Origin: an uncultured Nitrososphaerota archaeon
GTDB lineage: Archaea; Thermoproteota; Methanomethylicia; Methanomethylicales; Methanomethylicaceae
DNA length: 64,000 nucleotides
Direction: 5' to 3'
Assembly (NCBI GenBank): GCA_964634735.1
Contig: CAZWMA010000001.1
Coordinates: 73,350 to 137,349, forward strand
Below are positions 9,020-18,760 of this stretch, in pieces. Position 1 is the first letter of the stretch. Each line of letters starts with the position of its first letter. The notes beneath the pieces were generated by a model. That model saw only the letters and a list, made by a program, of their open reading frames with translations, ran no database searches and was not told the DNA's origin. The translations under genes were made by a program, and so were the position numbers.

Positions 9020-9396
9020 CAGTCTCCACTCCTGAATATCAGCCACTGGTCCCCACGCCCTCCCGCGGTCTTCACGAGGATGTACCTGCCTCGCATCCTC
9101 TCCCCCCTCGCGGCGAAGACTATCTTCCCCTCGCTCCACTCCAGCGCGTCGTACTCGCCCTTGTCCCAGATCTTGACGGTCCCAGCGCCGTAGCTCCCCT
9201 CCGGGATTGTCCCCTCGAAGAGGGCATAACCGATGTCGTGGTCGTCGACCCTTATTGCGAGCCTCTTCCTCACGTCCCCCGCCTCCGGCACCCCCTTGGG
9301 GACAGCCCAGCTCTTTAGGACCCCTTCCATCTCGAGCCTGAGGTCGAAGTGAAGCTGCCTTGCGTGATGCTCATGAATGACAAAGATCCTTCTCAT
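9019..9396 (-). CDS. Stand-alone LigD 3'-phosphoesterase (PE) domain protein
   Basis: FVIHEHHARQLHFDLRLE, LKSWAVPKG, KRLAIRVDDH, YGAGTVKIWDKG. Confidence 0.92.
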   Translation of the reverse strand: MRRIFVIHEHHARQLHFDLRLEMEGVLKSWAVPKGVPEAGDVRKRLAIRVDDHDIGYALFEGTIPEGSYGAGTVKIWDKGEYDALEWSEGKIVFAARGERMRGRYILVKTAGGRGDQWLIFRSGD

Positions 9397-9506
9397 TGAA
9401 GCAGCGCTGCATTCCGGCCGAGCCACTCCCTTCCGGTCCAAAACCTTGCCTGCGCCGACCGCATCGCCCAAGGATAACCCCTTGATAGGTAACTCGCGTA
9501 GCCTGC

Positions 9507-9932
9507 TTATCTATTCCGCACCAGGCTTGCCCCGCCACGGACCGGTTCCTCGGTCAGCACTCCGTGGTAGCTCGTGACCCTGCCTTCCGGCGCCCTCATG
9601 AGCTCCACGCGTGCCGAGACCATCCTCGGCTCCCCCGACTTGGTCAAGATCCTGAATCTCAGGTTCACCTCTCCTTCTCCTCCGTGGTAAGCGCGCGCCA
9701 GCGCCCCCGCGACCACCTCGATGTCGTCGCTGTGGATGAGCTTGCCTACCCTGATGCCGCCGCCCTTCAGCTCCGACGGCGAGTAGCCGAAAGAGGAGAC
9801 CTCCGCGGAGACGTACTCTATGGTACTGCTCCCGTTGATCCTGACGAGGAACTCCACGCCCGGGCTTTTTCCTCGCCCCCTTGAGCGCCTTGCCTTCCCC
9901 GCAACCCCGCCTGCGCTCCCTGTCTTCGCCAT
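9507..9932 (-). CDS. Stand-alone PAS-domain protein
   Basis: IEYVS...FGYSPSEL, LIHSDD, FRILTKSGEPRMV PAS/PAC pattern. Confidence 0.7.
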   Translation of the reverse strand: MAKTGSAGGVAGKARRSRGRGKSPGVEFLVRINGSSTIEYVSAEVSSFGYSPSELKGGGIRVGKLIHSDDIEVVAGALARAYHGGEGEVNLRFRILTKSGEPRMVSARVELMRAPEGRVTSYHGVLTEEPVRGGASLVRNR

Positions 9933-10032
9933 AGATGCAACCAGCTGTAAAAACCCACTATTGAAGAGATATCCTTGCGCGCATAATAACTTTTTATACA
10001 TGCTGCCGACAGAGACACTTCGTTGAAGTCGT

Positions 10033-10521
10033 ATGAAATCTTTAATCGCTTACTACTCGCGTACAGGGACCACGAAGACAGTGGCCGAACAGCTCGCCAA
10101 CCTGATGGCGGCCGATGTGGAGGAGATCGTTGACATGAAAGGTCGGAAGGGCGTCTTCGGCTTCATCATATCCGGATACCAGGCAATGACCGAGAAGGTT
10201 GCCACGATCAAGCCGCCCGAGAAAGACACGTCGCAGTACGATCTCGTGGTCATTGGGACCCCTATCTGGGCAGGGAAGATGTCGTGCGCCGCACTCGCGT
10301 ATCTCAAGGCGATGGCGCAGGATGGGAAAGCGCCGAAGGCGGTCGCCTTTATTACAACAAGCGGCAGCGATAATGCCGTGAAGACGATGGCCCAAATGGA
10401 GAAGGTCTGCGGCAAGGCACCGGTCGCGGTCGCTTCATTCTCCGAAAAAGACGTTAAAAGCGGCAGCTATGCGCGCGGGCTCGAGTCCTTCGCTGCTAAA
10501 ATTGCACCACCCGCCGCATGA
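10033..10521 (+). CDS. Flavodoxin-like protein
   Basis: YYSRTGTT FMN loop, YDLVVIGTPIWAG. Confidence 0.88.
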   Translation: MKSLIAYYSRTGTTKTVAEQLANLMAADVEEIVDMKGRKGVFGFIISGYQAMTEKVATIKPPEKDTSQYDLVVIGTPIWAGKMSCAALAYLKAMAQDGKAPKAVAFITTSGSDNAVKTMAQMEKVCGKAPVAVASFSEKDVKSGSYARGLESFAAKIAPPAA

Positions 10522-10561
10522 ATCCTTGGGCGCAGGGACTTTAATCAATAAGAGAAAAAGG

Positions 10562-10669
10562 CGCCCTGGCCGGGATTCGAACCCGGGTCACAGACTATCT
10601 ACGGACCTGCCTGATGGCAACGCCGTCCTCGACAGGCCTGTATACTGGGCCGAACTATACTACCAGGGC
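10562..10669 (-). tRNA. tRNA-Asp(GUC) with a 33-nt canonical 37/38 intron (10597-10629)
   Basis: GCCCTGG/CCAGGGC acceptor, CAGGC-CT-GTC-GA-GTCTG anticodon arm after splicing, CCGGG-TTCGAAT-CCCGG T arm, BHB-like motif. Confidence 0.93.
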
Positions 10670-10824
10670 TTCCTCGGATTCTTCTTTAAAGTGAGCTATT
10701 AAAATCTATCTATATCTTCGCCCGATTGGAAAGCGCCAGCTCAAGCCGCACCACTCATCAAGCTTAATATTGTGCTGCACGATTGTTGTATCATATGATG
10801 CCCTGCGCGTTGAGGCTATCTGAG

Positions 10825-12015
10825 ATGTCCCAAGAAAAAAAGAGCCCAATTCCGCTGTTACTCCTCCTTCTCGTCGTTGGCCTGTACGCCGGCTATGCCC
10901 TCGGGTCGATAACTTCCCAGCCGTCGGACGACAGCGAGTACTTGGCTGGACGGATCAGCTCGCTGGAAGGGCTCGTCGCATCGCTGCAGTCGCAGCTCAA
11001 CGACATGGCTATCCGCAACCTCACATCGATCGATAGCATCCCGAGCCTGAACGCAATCTACAACTCCTCGAAGGCGTCCATAGTCACCATAACCGGGCTC
11101 GTCGAGTCTACATCGTTCTTCGTCACGACCTACGATGAGATCCTCGGTTCCGGTTTCGTCATCAACCTCACCGGCGAGCCACTAGTAATCACCAACTACC
11201 ACGTCGTCGACGGGCTCCTTAACTCCTCGATAACCTTCATAGACGGCGAGTCCTACAGCTTCTCGGTCGTGGGCATGGACAAGTACAGCGACATCGCCGT
11301 GCTCAGGCCCAACGCCCCCGCCTCGAAGCTCAAGCCCCTGACAGTGGCCTCCTCGTCCGGGCTCCTCGTCGGCGACTCCGTCATAGCCATCGGGAACCCG
11401 TACGGGCTCGAGAGCACGCTCACCGTCGGGATAGTCAGCCAGCTCGGGAGGGGCATCCAGACCGAGACCGCAGGCAGCTACACGATCGCCGGAGTCATTC
11501 AGATAAGCACGCCGATCAACCCGGGCAACTCCGGCGGCCCGCTCCTCGACTCGATGGGCAGGGTCGTAGGGATGACGACCGCCATCATATCCGGGTCGCA
11601 GAACGTCGGCTTCGCAGTGCCGTCCGACTCCCTGCTTAGGGAGATCGTATCGCTCACGACGACCGGCTCTTACCAGCACGCCTACCTCGGAATGAAGAGC
11701 CTCTCAAACAGCTACCTGATCTCCAACGCCCTCTCCCTCCCGGTGACATACGGCGTCCTGGTCCAGTCCGTCACCGATGGCACACCCGCTGATGACGCAG
11801 GCATACGCGGCGGCTCCTTCACCGTGGGCGTCGCCAACAGCACTGTATCGGGCGGCGGCGATCTGATCATCGCCATCGACGACAAGCTGATAACCACGCT
11901 CGACGACATGACCTCTCTGCTCGAGTCCTACCACCCTGGCCAGGCGATGAACGTCACTGTCATCAGGGAAGGCTCCCCCCTCACATTGTTTGTGACCCTT
12001 GGCGCAAGACCCTAG
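10825..12015 (+). CDS. Membrane-anchored HtrA/DegP-like serine protease with PDZ domain
   Basis: N-terminal TM helix, ITNYHVV, SDIAVL, INPGNSGGPL, C-terminal PDZ. Confidence 0.92.
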   Translation: MSQEKKSPIPLLLLLLVVGLYAGYALGSITSQPSDDSEYLAGRISSLEGLVASLQSQLNDMAIRNLTSIDSIPSLNAIYNSSKASIVTITGLVESTSFFVTTYDEILGSGFVINLTGEPLVITNYHVVDGLLNSSITFIDGESYSFSVVGMDKYSDIAVLRPNAPASKLKPLTVASSSGLLVGDSVIAIGNPYGLESTLTVGIVSQLGRGIQTETAGSYTIAGVIQISTPINPGNSGGPLLDSMGRVVGMTTAIISGSQNVGFAVPSDSLLREIVSLTTTGSYQHAYLGMKSLSNSYLISNALSLPVTYGVLVQSVTDGTPADDAGIRGGSFTVGVANSTVSGGGDLIIAIDDKLITTLDDMTSLLESYHPGQAMNVTVIREGSPLTLFVTLGARP

Positions 12016-12082
12016 GCTCTTTTCCCGGGCCTGAAGTCCAAGAAAAAACTATAAATGTGGATACCTTTTCAAATAGCTTTAG

Positions 12083-12221
12083 CCCGCCCTAGCTCAGTGG
12101 TAGAGCGCCCGGCTGTAGACCGATGGTCGCGCAAGGGAATTCGCCTTGGGCGGTATATGTCCTTGCGTCAGCCTGGGCAATTACCGGGTGGTCGCTGGTT
12201 CAAATCCGGCGGGCGGGACCA
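12083..12221 (+). tRNA. tRNA-Tyr(GUA) with a 64-nt 37/38 intron (12119-12182)
   Basis: CCCGCCC/GGGCGGG acceptor (C1:G72), CCCGG-CT-GTA-GA-CCGGG arm, encoded CCA, TATAAAT at 12050-12056. Confidence 0.94.
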
Positions 12222-12303
12222 CCATTTCCGCATTCCGGCCCATCGGATTGCCCCGAAGAGGCTGCCCTTCTATGCCAAATGGGTACTGTGAAGTATCAAA
12301 AAC

Positions 12304-12311
12304 TTTATTAA
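12304..12311 (+). promoter_or_regulatory. BRE/TATA promoter of the RNA polymerase operon
   Basis: CAAAAAC-TTTATTAA upstream of rpoH. Confidence 0.55.
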
Positions 12312-12384
12312 CCGCATTATTTTTGTGAATGGTTAGCTCGATTCTGGGCATCTTGTGTTTGTTTCATTCTTTTGGGTGGTAAAT

Positions 12385-12765
12385 TTGGGCAAATTTGATA
12401 TTCTCGAGCATGACCTTGTACCGGAGTTCAGGATCCTCAACCGTGAGGAGTACCATGCGCTCCGAAAAGCCCTCGGAATAAGGAAGGAGGACCTGCCATG
12501 GATAAGGAACAGCGACCCCGTCTGCGTGAGGCTGAAGGAGGCGCAGAAGGTCGCCCGCTGCCCCAAATGCGACAGCAAATTGGTGGAAACCGTTCAGGAG
12601 AGGGAAGTCAAGGGCATAATGACCCAAAAGAAGGTCATAAAGTGCGAGAATGAGAAGTGCGACTACTACGAGCCGGTCATCGGCCCAGGGCAGATCCTCG
12701 AGATAACGAGGAAGAGCCTGGTCGCAGGTAATGCAGTTGCCTACCGTTATGTTGTGCCAGGGTGA
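12385..12765 (+). CDS. rpoH: RNA polymerase subunit H (Rpo5) with zinc-ribbon insertion
   Basis: FDILEHDLVP, LPWIRNSDPV, PGQILEITRKS..AG..VAYRYVV; TTG start after SD GGGTGG; first gene of the rpo operon. Confidence 0.92.
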   Translation: MGKFDILEHDLVPEFRILNREEYHALRKALGIRKEDLPWIRNSDPVCVRLKEAQKVARCPKCDSKLVETVQEREVKGIMTQKKVIKCENEKCDYYEPVIGPGQILEITRKSLVAGNAVAYRYVVPG

Positions 12766-15700
12766 TTTTGTTGAGCGAAATAGTAATGGACGACAGATGG
12801 GAGCTCATCGAGTCCTTCTTCAAGGAGAAGGGTCTCGTGAGACAGCATTTGGATTCATTTGACGATTTCATAAAGAACAAGCTCCAGGAGATTGTGGATG
12901 AGCAGAGCGTCATCGAGACCGATATAGGTTTCAAGATAAAGCTCGGCAAGCTCACCATCGGAAAGCCGACTATCCACGAGGCGGACGGCTCCGAGAAGGA
13001 GATCCTCCCCATGGAGGCTAGGCAGAGGAACCTCACGTACGCCGCATCGATGCACCTCCAGGTAACGCCGATAGAGGATGGCTACGAAGAGGAGCCGATA
13101 TCGGTCTACATCGGCAAGCTCCCGATAATGGTCCGGTCCTCCTACTGCGCCCTTTCGAAGGCAACAAAGGAGGAGCTGATCAAGGCGGGAGAGGACCCGG
13201 CAGATCCCGGAGGCTACTTCATAGTGAACGGCTCGGAGAGGGTCGTCGTCATACAGGAGGACCTCGCGGTAAACAGGATCCTCGTAGACAAGATGGAGGG
13301 CGCTTCGCCGGTTACGCACGTCGCGAAGGTCTTCTCCGCGACATCCGGGTTCAGGGTGCCGGTCACGATCGAAAGGATGAAGGACGGCGGGCTGATGGTA
13401 ACGTTCCCGTCGATCCCAGGAAGGATCTCGCTGGCAATTCTCATGAAGGCGCTCGGCGTCTCGTCAGACAAGGAACTCGTGGACTACGTCTCGAGCGACC
13501 CCAACGTCCAGAAGGCGCTCATTCCAACCCTCGAGGGCGGAATCGAGATCAATGCAACAGAGGATGCCCTGGACTATATCGGCAACAGGGTCGCCATAGG
13601 CCAGACAAAGGACTTCCGAGTCTCGCGGGCGCTCCAGATTTTGGACAAGTACCTCCTGCCACACCTCGGCATGACCGAGCCGGACAGGAAGAAGAAGTCG
13701 CTGTTCCTGGGCCAGATGGCAGAGAAGCTCATAGAGCTCTCCATTCAGCGCAGGGCGGCAGACGACAAGGACCATTACGCTAACAAGAGGCTCAAGCTAG
13801 CAGGCGATCTGCTCGCCGGCCTCTTCAGGGTCGCATTCAAGAGCTTCTGCAGGGACATGAAGTACCAGCTCGAGAGGGCAAAGAGCAGGAGCAGGCGCGT
13901 CTCGATCCCGACACTCGTCAGGGCGGACGTCATAACCGAGCGCCTCAGGCACGCGCTGGCCACCGGCAACTGGGTCGGCGGCAAGGCGGGCGTGAGCCAG
14001 CTGCTCGACCGCACGAACTACCTGTCGACCATTGGCCACCTGAGGAGGATCATATCCCCGCTCAGCAGGTCGCAGCCTCACTTCGAGGCAAGGGACCTCC
14101 ACTCAACCCAATGGGGCAGGCTCTGCCCGAGCGAGACCCCCGAAGGCCCGAACTGCGGGCTGGTCAAGAACCTCGCGTTGATGTCATTCATATCCGTGGG
14201 CATGGACGAACGCCCGGTCGAGGAGCTCCTTTACGAGCTCAACACCGAAGCGATCGACTCAGCAAGGAAGAAGACCATGACCGGCGCGAAGGTAATACTG
14301 AACGGCAGGCTCATAGGGATCCACGAGAAGCCCGAGCTCCTGGTCGCAGACGTCAGGAAGATGCGCCGGAAGGGCAGGCTGGGTAACGAGGTCAACGTGG
14401 CCCACTACAAGCAGGGTGATATAAACGAGGTCTACGTCAACTGCGACGCAGGGAGGGTAAGGCGCCCGCTCATAATCGTCGACGACGCGCTTCCAAAGCT
14501 CACAAAGGAGCACATCGAGCGGCTTGTGGCCAACGAGTGGCTGTGGAACGAGCTCATCCAGCAGGGCGTTGTGGAATACCTCGACGCAGAGGAGGAGGAG
14601 AACGCCTACATAGCGCTGGACCTCAAGAACCTGGACAAGGAGCGCACGCACCTCGAGATAGTCGCATCGACCATACTCGGCATAAGCGCATCCATGATTC
14701 CGTTCCTCGAGGCGAACCAGTCGCCAAGGAACACCTACGGCTCAGCCATGATAAAGCAGTCGCTAGGCTTCTACAGCGCCAACTACTCAAAGCGCCTCGA
14801 CACCAGGGGGCACCTGCTGCACTATCCGCAGAAGCCCATGGTTAACACGAGGTCCGCGAAGACCCTCGAGCTTGACAAGAGGCCCGCGGGGCAGAACTTC
14901 GTGGTCGCGATACTTTCCTACTCGGGGTTCAACATAGAGGACGCCCTGATAATGAACAAGTCCTCCGTTGAGAGGGGCCTTGCGAGGTCCTCGTTCTTCA
15001 GGTGCTACGAGACAGAGGAGCGCAGGTACCCTGGAGGCCAGGAGGACAAGATCGAGGTCCCGTCCCCGACAGTTAGGGGCTACAGGACATCAGAGTCATA
15101 CTCCTCGCTCGGGGATGACGGCATAATCGAGCCGGAGTCCGCCCTCAAGGGCGGCGATGTCCTGGTCGGCAAGACCAGCCCGCCCAGATTCCTCGAGGAG
15201 TATAAGGAGTTCGAGCAGGCCGGGCCGCAGAGGCGGGAGACATCCGTCTCGATGAGGGCGGGTGAGGACGGCGTCGTCGACTTGGTGATAATCACCGAGA
15301 CCTCGGACGGCAACAAGCTCGTCAAGATCCGCGTCAGGAACGAGAGGATACCCGAGCTCGGAGACAAGTTCGCCTCAAGGCACGGGCAGAAGGGCGTCAT
15401 CGGGATGCTGGTCCCTCAGTACGACATGCCATACACAGAGGATGGCGTCGTGCCTGACCTGATAATCAACCCGCACGCCATCCCATCAAGGATGACGCTT
15501 GGGCAGCTGCTAGAGCTGCTCGGCGGCAAGGCTCACGCGGCCTCAGGCAAGCCGATTGACGGCACCGCCTTCTGCGGCGACAGCGAGAAGACTATGCGCG
15601 AGCTGCTGAAGAAGTGCGGTCTCAAGCCGACGGGCAAGGAGGTCCTCTACGACGGCAGGACCGGAAGGATGCTGGAGGCTGACGTCTACGTGGGCATCGC

Positions 15701-16097
15701 CTACTACCTCAAGCTCCACCACATGGTTGCAGACAAGATGCACGCCAGGGCCCGCGGGCCAGTCCAGATACTCACAAGGCAGCCGACCGAAGGCCGTGCA
15801 AGGGAAGGAGGCCTTAGGTTCGGAGAGATGGAACGCGATTGCCTCGTTGGACATGGTGCGGCAATGCTCCTGAAGGAGCGGCTCCTCGAAGAGTCCGACC
15901 GCACAGTCGTGAACATCTGCGAGGACTGCGGCCTGATCTCATACTACGACAGGATCAAAGACAAGAACTTCTGCCCGATATGCGGGGAGAAGGCAAAGAC
16001 GACCAAGGTGGTCATGTCGTATGCCTTCAAGCTGCTGTTGCAGGAGCTAATGAGCCTGGGGGTAGCCCCAAGGCTGAGGCTACAGGAGAGGGTGTAG
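12762..16097 (+). CDS. rpoB: RNA polymerase subunit B (Rpo2, unsplit)
   Basis: [48 protein letters not shown]; exact start uncertain by a few codons. Confidence 0.98.
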   Translation: MILLSEIVMDDRWELIESFFKEKGLVRQHLDSFDDFIKNKLQEIVDEQSVIETDIGFKIKLGKLTIGKPTIHEADGSEKEILPMEARQRNLTYAASMHLQVTPIEDGYEEEPISVYIGKLPIMVRSSYCALSKATKEELIKAGEDPADPGGYFIVNGSERVVVIQEDLAVNRILVDKMEGASPVTHVAKVFSATSGFRVPVTIERMKDGGLMVTFPSIPGRISLAILMKALGVSSDKELVDYVSSDPNVQKALIPTLEGGIEINATEDALDYIGNRVAIGQTKDFRVSRALQILDKYLLPHLGMTEPDRKKKSLFLGQMAEKLIELSIQRRAADDKDHYANKRLKLAGDLLAGLFRVAFKSFCRDMKYQLERAKSRSRRVSIPTLVRADVITERLRHALATGNWVGGKAGVSQLLDRTNYLSTIGHLRRIISPLSRSQPHFEARDLHSTQWGRLCPSETPEGPNCGLVKNLALMSFISVGMDERPVEELLYELNTEAIDSARKKTMTGAKVILNGRLIGIHEKPELLVADVRKMRRKGRLGNEVNVAHYKQGDINEVYVNCDAGRVRRPLIIVDDALPKLTKEHIERLVANEWLWNELIQQGVVEYLDAEEEENAYIALDLKNLDKERTHLEIVASTILGISASMIPFLEANQSPRNTYGSAMIKQSLGFYSANYSKRLDTRGHLLHYPQKPMVNTRSAKTLELDKRPAGQNFVVAILSYSGFNIEDALIMNKSSVERGLARSSFFRCYETEERRYPGGQEDKIEVPSPTVRGYRTSESYSSLGDDGIIEPESALKGGDVLVGKTSPPRFLEEYKEFEQAGPQRRETSVSMRAGEDGVVDLVIITETSDGNKLVKIRVRNERIPELGDKFASRHGQKGVIGMLVPQYDMPYTEDGVVPDLIINPHAIPSRMTLGQLLELLGGKAHAASGKPIDGTAFCGDSEKTMRELLKKCGLKPTGKEVLYDGRTGRMLEADVYVGIAYYLKLHHMVADKMHARARGPVQILTRQPTEGRAREGGLRFGEMERDCLVGHGAAMLLKERLLEESDRTVVNICEDCGLISYYDRIKDKNFCPICGEKAKTTKVVMSYAFKLLLQELMSLGVAPRLRLQERV

Positions 16098-16101
16098 AGA
16101 C

Positions 16102-18759
16102 ATGTCCCTATCAGAACTCGCAAAGGCTATTCACGGAATCAAGTTCGGCTTGCTCTCGCCAGAGAGCATCAGGAAGATGTCCGTCGTCAACATAATTACC
16201 GCGGACACCTACGATGAGGACGGCGTGCCGATCGACGCCGGGCTCATGGACCGGAAGCTCGGGACGATAGAGCCGGGGCAGAAGTGCCAGACATGCGGTA
16301 ACCGCGTTGGCAACTGCCCGGGTCACTTCGGCCACATCGAGCTCGCAAGGCCGGTGGTCCATCCTGGATTCGCCAAGCTAGTCTACCTCATGCTAAGGGG
16401 GACATGCTGGAACTGCGGGAGGCTGCTCCTCTCTGAGGAGGACTATAGGAAGTACTCCCTGAGGATGGATAAGTACAGGAAGAAGTGGCCGCAGTTCAGG
16501 TTCAAGCTCGCAGACCAGATCCTGAAGAAGGCGAACAAGGCAAGCGAATGCCCCTACTGCCACGAAGGTCAGTTCAAGATCAAGTTCGAGAAGCCGACAG
16601 GGTACTCCGAGGAGAGGAAGGAGGGCCCAAAGAGGATCTACTCCAACGAGATAAGGGGAAGGCTCGAGCGCATCACCGAGATTGACGCATCGCTCATAGG
16701 GCTCGACCCATCGATGGCTCGGCCGGAGTGGATGCTCCTCACGGTGCTCCCAGTTCCGCCATCAACCGTCCGCCCCTCGATAACGCTCGAGTCAGGCGTG
16801 CGGTCAGAGGACGACCTGACCCACAAGCTAGTGGACATAATCAGGATCAACGAGAGGCTCAAGGAGAACATCGACGCAGGCGCACCCCAGCTGATCATAG
16901 AGGACCTCTGGGAGCTGCTCCAGTACCACGTAACGACCTACTTCGACAACGAGACCTCGGGCATACCGCCAGCGAGGCACAGGTCAGGCAGGCCGCTGCG
17001 GACGATCGCCCAGAGGCTGAAGGGCAAGGAAGGCCGCTTCAGGTCGAACCTCTCCGGCAAGCGCGTCGACTTCTCCGCAAGGACGGTAATCTCGCCTGAC
17101 CCGATAATCAGCATGAACGAGGTCGGCGTCCCAGTCGACATCGCAAAGCTGCTCACAATCCCGGAGCGGGTCAACAAGTACAATATAGATGAGCTCAAGA
17201 CGATCATAACGAACGGGCCGGATGGACACCCAGGCGCTAACTACATAATACGCCCAGACGGCAGGAGGATCGATCTCCGCTTCCCCAAGGACCGCAAGCT
17301 CACTGCCGACGCAACCGAGATCGGCTTCGTGGTCGAGCGGCACCTCAAGAACGGCGACGTGGTCCTCTTCAACAGGCAGCCGTCGCTGCACAGGATGTCA
17401 ATTATGGCGCACAGGGTCAGGGTCCTGCCTTACAAGACATTCAGGCTCAACCTCTGCGTCTGCCCGCCATACAACGCCGACTTCGACGGAGACGAGATGA
17501 ACCTTCACGTCCCCCAGAGCGAGGAGGCCAGGGCAGAGGCGTTGGTGCTGATGCTGGTGCAGGAGCAGATTCTCTCCCCCAGGTACGGCGGCCCAATCAT
17601 GGGTGGCATCCAGGACTACATATCAGGCGCCTATATGCTAACCCGCAGGAGCACTATACTCTCAAAGGCCGACGCAGCACAGCTCCTGGCGAGCGCAGGC
17701 TATAGGGGCCCGCTGCCGCCGCCGGAGTCGAAGTCACCCAAGGAGTACTGGACCGGCAAGCAGCTGGCCAGCCTCTTCTTCCCTAAGGGGTTCAACTACA
17801 CGCTCAAGTCCAACATATGCCAGAAGTGCAACGTCTGCAAGCAGGAGGAGTGCGAGAACGACGCCTACGTGGTGATCAAGGACGGCCAGCTCCTCGCCGG
17901 CGTCATCGATAAGAAGGCGATCGGCGCCCAGCAGCCGGAATCGGTCCTTCACAGGCTCGTGAAGGACTACGGCACAGATATGGGCAGGGACTACATCGAC
18001 AAGGCGTTCAAGCTGTTCCTTGCATTCATCGACAGCCGCGGGCTGACGATAGGGCTCGATGACGAGGAGCTCGACAAGGAGGCAAAGGAAAAGGTCAGGA
18101 GCGTCATTAGGGAAGCCGAGAAGCAGGTCAACGCTAACATCGAAGCATACCATGAAGGGCTGCTTGAGCGATTGCCAGGAAGGACGCTTGAGGAGACCCT
18201 TGAGACACAGGTGATGCAGGTCCTGGAGAAAGCGAGGGAATCATCAGGAGAGATTGCCAGCAAGCACCTGAAGGAAGGCAACACAGCGCTGCTCATGGCT
18301 AAGACCGGAGCTAGGGGAAGCCTCATGAACCTCGCGCACATGGTCGCATGCGTAGGCCAGCAGGCGGTCAGGGGCGAAAGGATTACCAGGGGTTACCAGA
18401 ACAGGACGCTGCCGCACTTCAAGGTCGGCGACCGCGGCGCAGAAGCCCACGGCTTCGTCTACAGCAGCTACAAGGACAAGCTCAACCCCATCGAGTTCTT
18501 CTTCCACGCCATGGGCGGGAGAGAAGGATTGGTGGACACAGCCGTCAGGACAAGCCAGAGCGGCTACATGCAGCGCAGGCTCATCAACGCCCTGCAGGAT
18601 ATCAGGGTAGAGTATGACTGGACCGTAAGGGGAACCGACGGATCCATAATACAGTTCATCTACGGCGACGACGGCGTAGACCCGGCAAAGAGCGACCACG
18701 GGAAAGCCGTCAACATCGACAAGATAATCGAGAGGGTCGTCAAGGCAGGAGGCAAGTGA
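16102..18759 (+). CDS. rpoA1: RNA polymerase subunit A' (Rpo1N)
   Basis: [28 protein letters not shown]. Confidence 0.98.
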   Translation: MSLSELAKAIHGIKFGLLSPESIRKMSVVNIITADTYDEDGVPIDAGLMDRKLGTIEPGQKCQTCGNRVGNCPGHFGHIELARPVVHPGFAKLVYLMLRGTCWNCGRLLLSEEDYRKYSLRMDKYRKKWPQFRFKLADQILKKANKASECPYCHEGQFKIKFEKPTGYSEERKEGPKRIYSNEIRGRLERITEIDASLIGLDPSMARPEWMLLTVLPVPPSTVRPSITLESGVRSEDDLTHKLVDIIRINERLKENIDAGAPQLIIEDLWELLQYHVTTYFDNETSGIPPARHRSGRPLRTIAQRLKGKEGRFRSNLSGKRVDFSARTVISPDPIISMNEVGVPVDIAKLLTIPERVNKYNIDELKTIITNGPDGHPGANYIIRPDGRRIDLRFPKDRKLTADATEIGFVVERHLKNGDVVLFNRQPSLHRMSIMAHRVRVLPYKTFRLNLCVCPPYNADFDGDEMNLHVPQSEEARAEALVLMLVQEQILSPRYGGPIMGGIQDYISGAYMLTRRSTILSKADAAQLLASAGYRGPLPPPESKSPKEYWTGKQLASLFFPKGFNYTLKSNICQKCNVCKQEECENDAYVVIKDGQLLAGVIDKKAIGAQQPESVLHRLVKDYGTDMGRDYIDKAFKLFLAFIDSRGLTIGLDDEELDKEAKEKVRSVIREAEKQVNANIEAYHEGLLERLPGRTLEETLETQVMQVLEKARESSGEIASKHLKEGNTALLMAKTGARGSLMNLAHMVACVGQQAVRGERITRGYQNRTLPHFKVGDRGAEAHGFVYSSYKDKLNPIEFFFHAMGGREGLVDTAVRTSQSGYMQRRLINALQDIRVEYDWTVRGTDGSIIQFIYGDDGVDPAKSDHGKAVNIDKIIERVVKAGGK

Positions 18760-18760
18760 G

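Noticed and set aside
17440..17500. rpoA' [15 protein letters not shown] intein site as another AT3 patch
   Set aside because: Codon usage there is normal and GC3-rich; this is a counter-example that limits the ghost-intein idea
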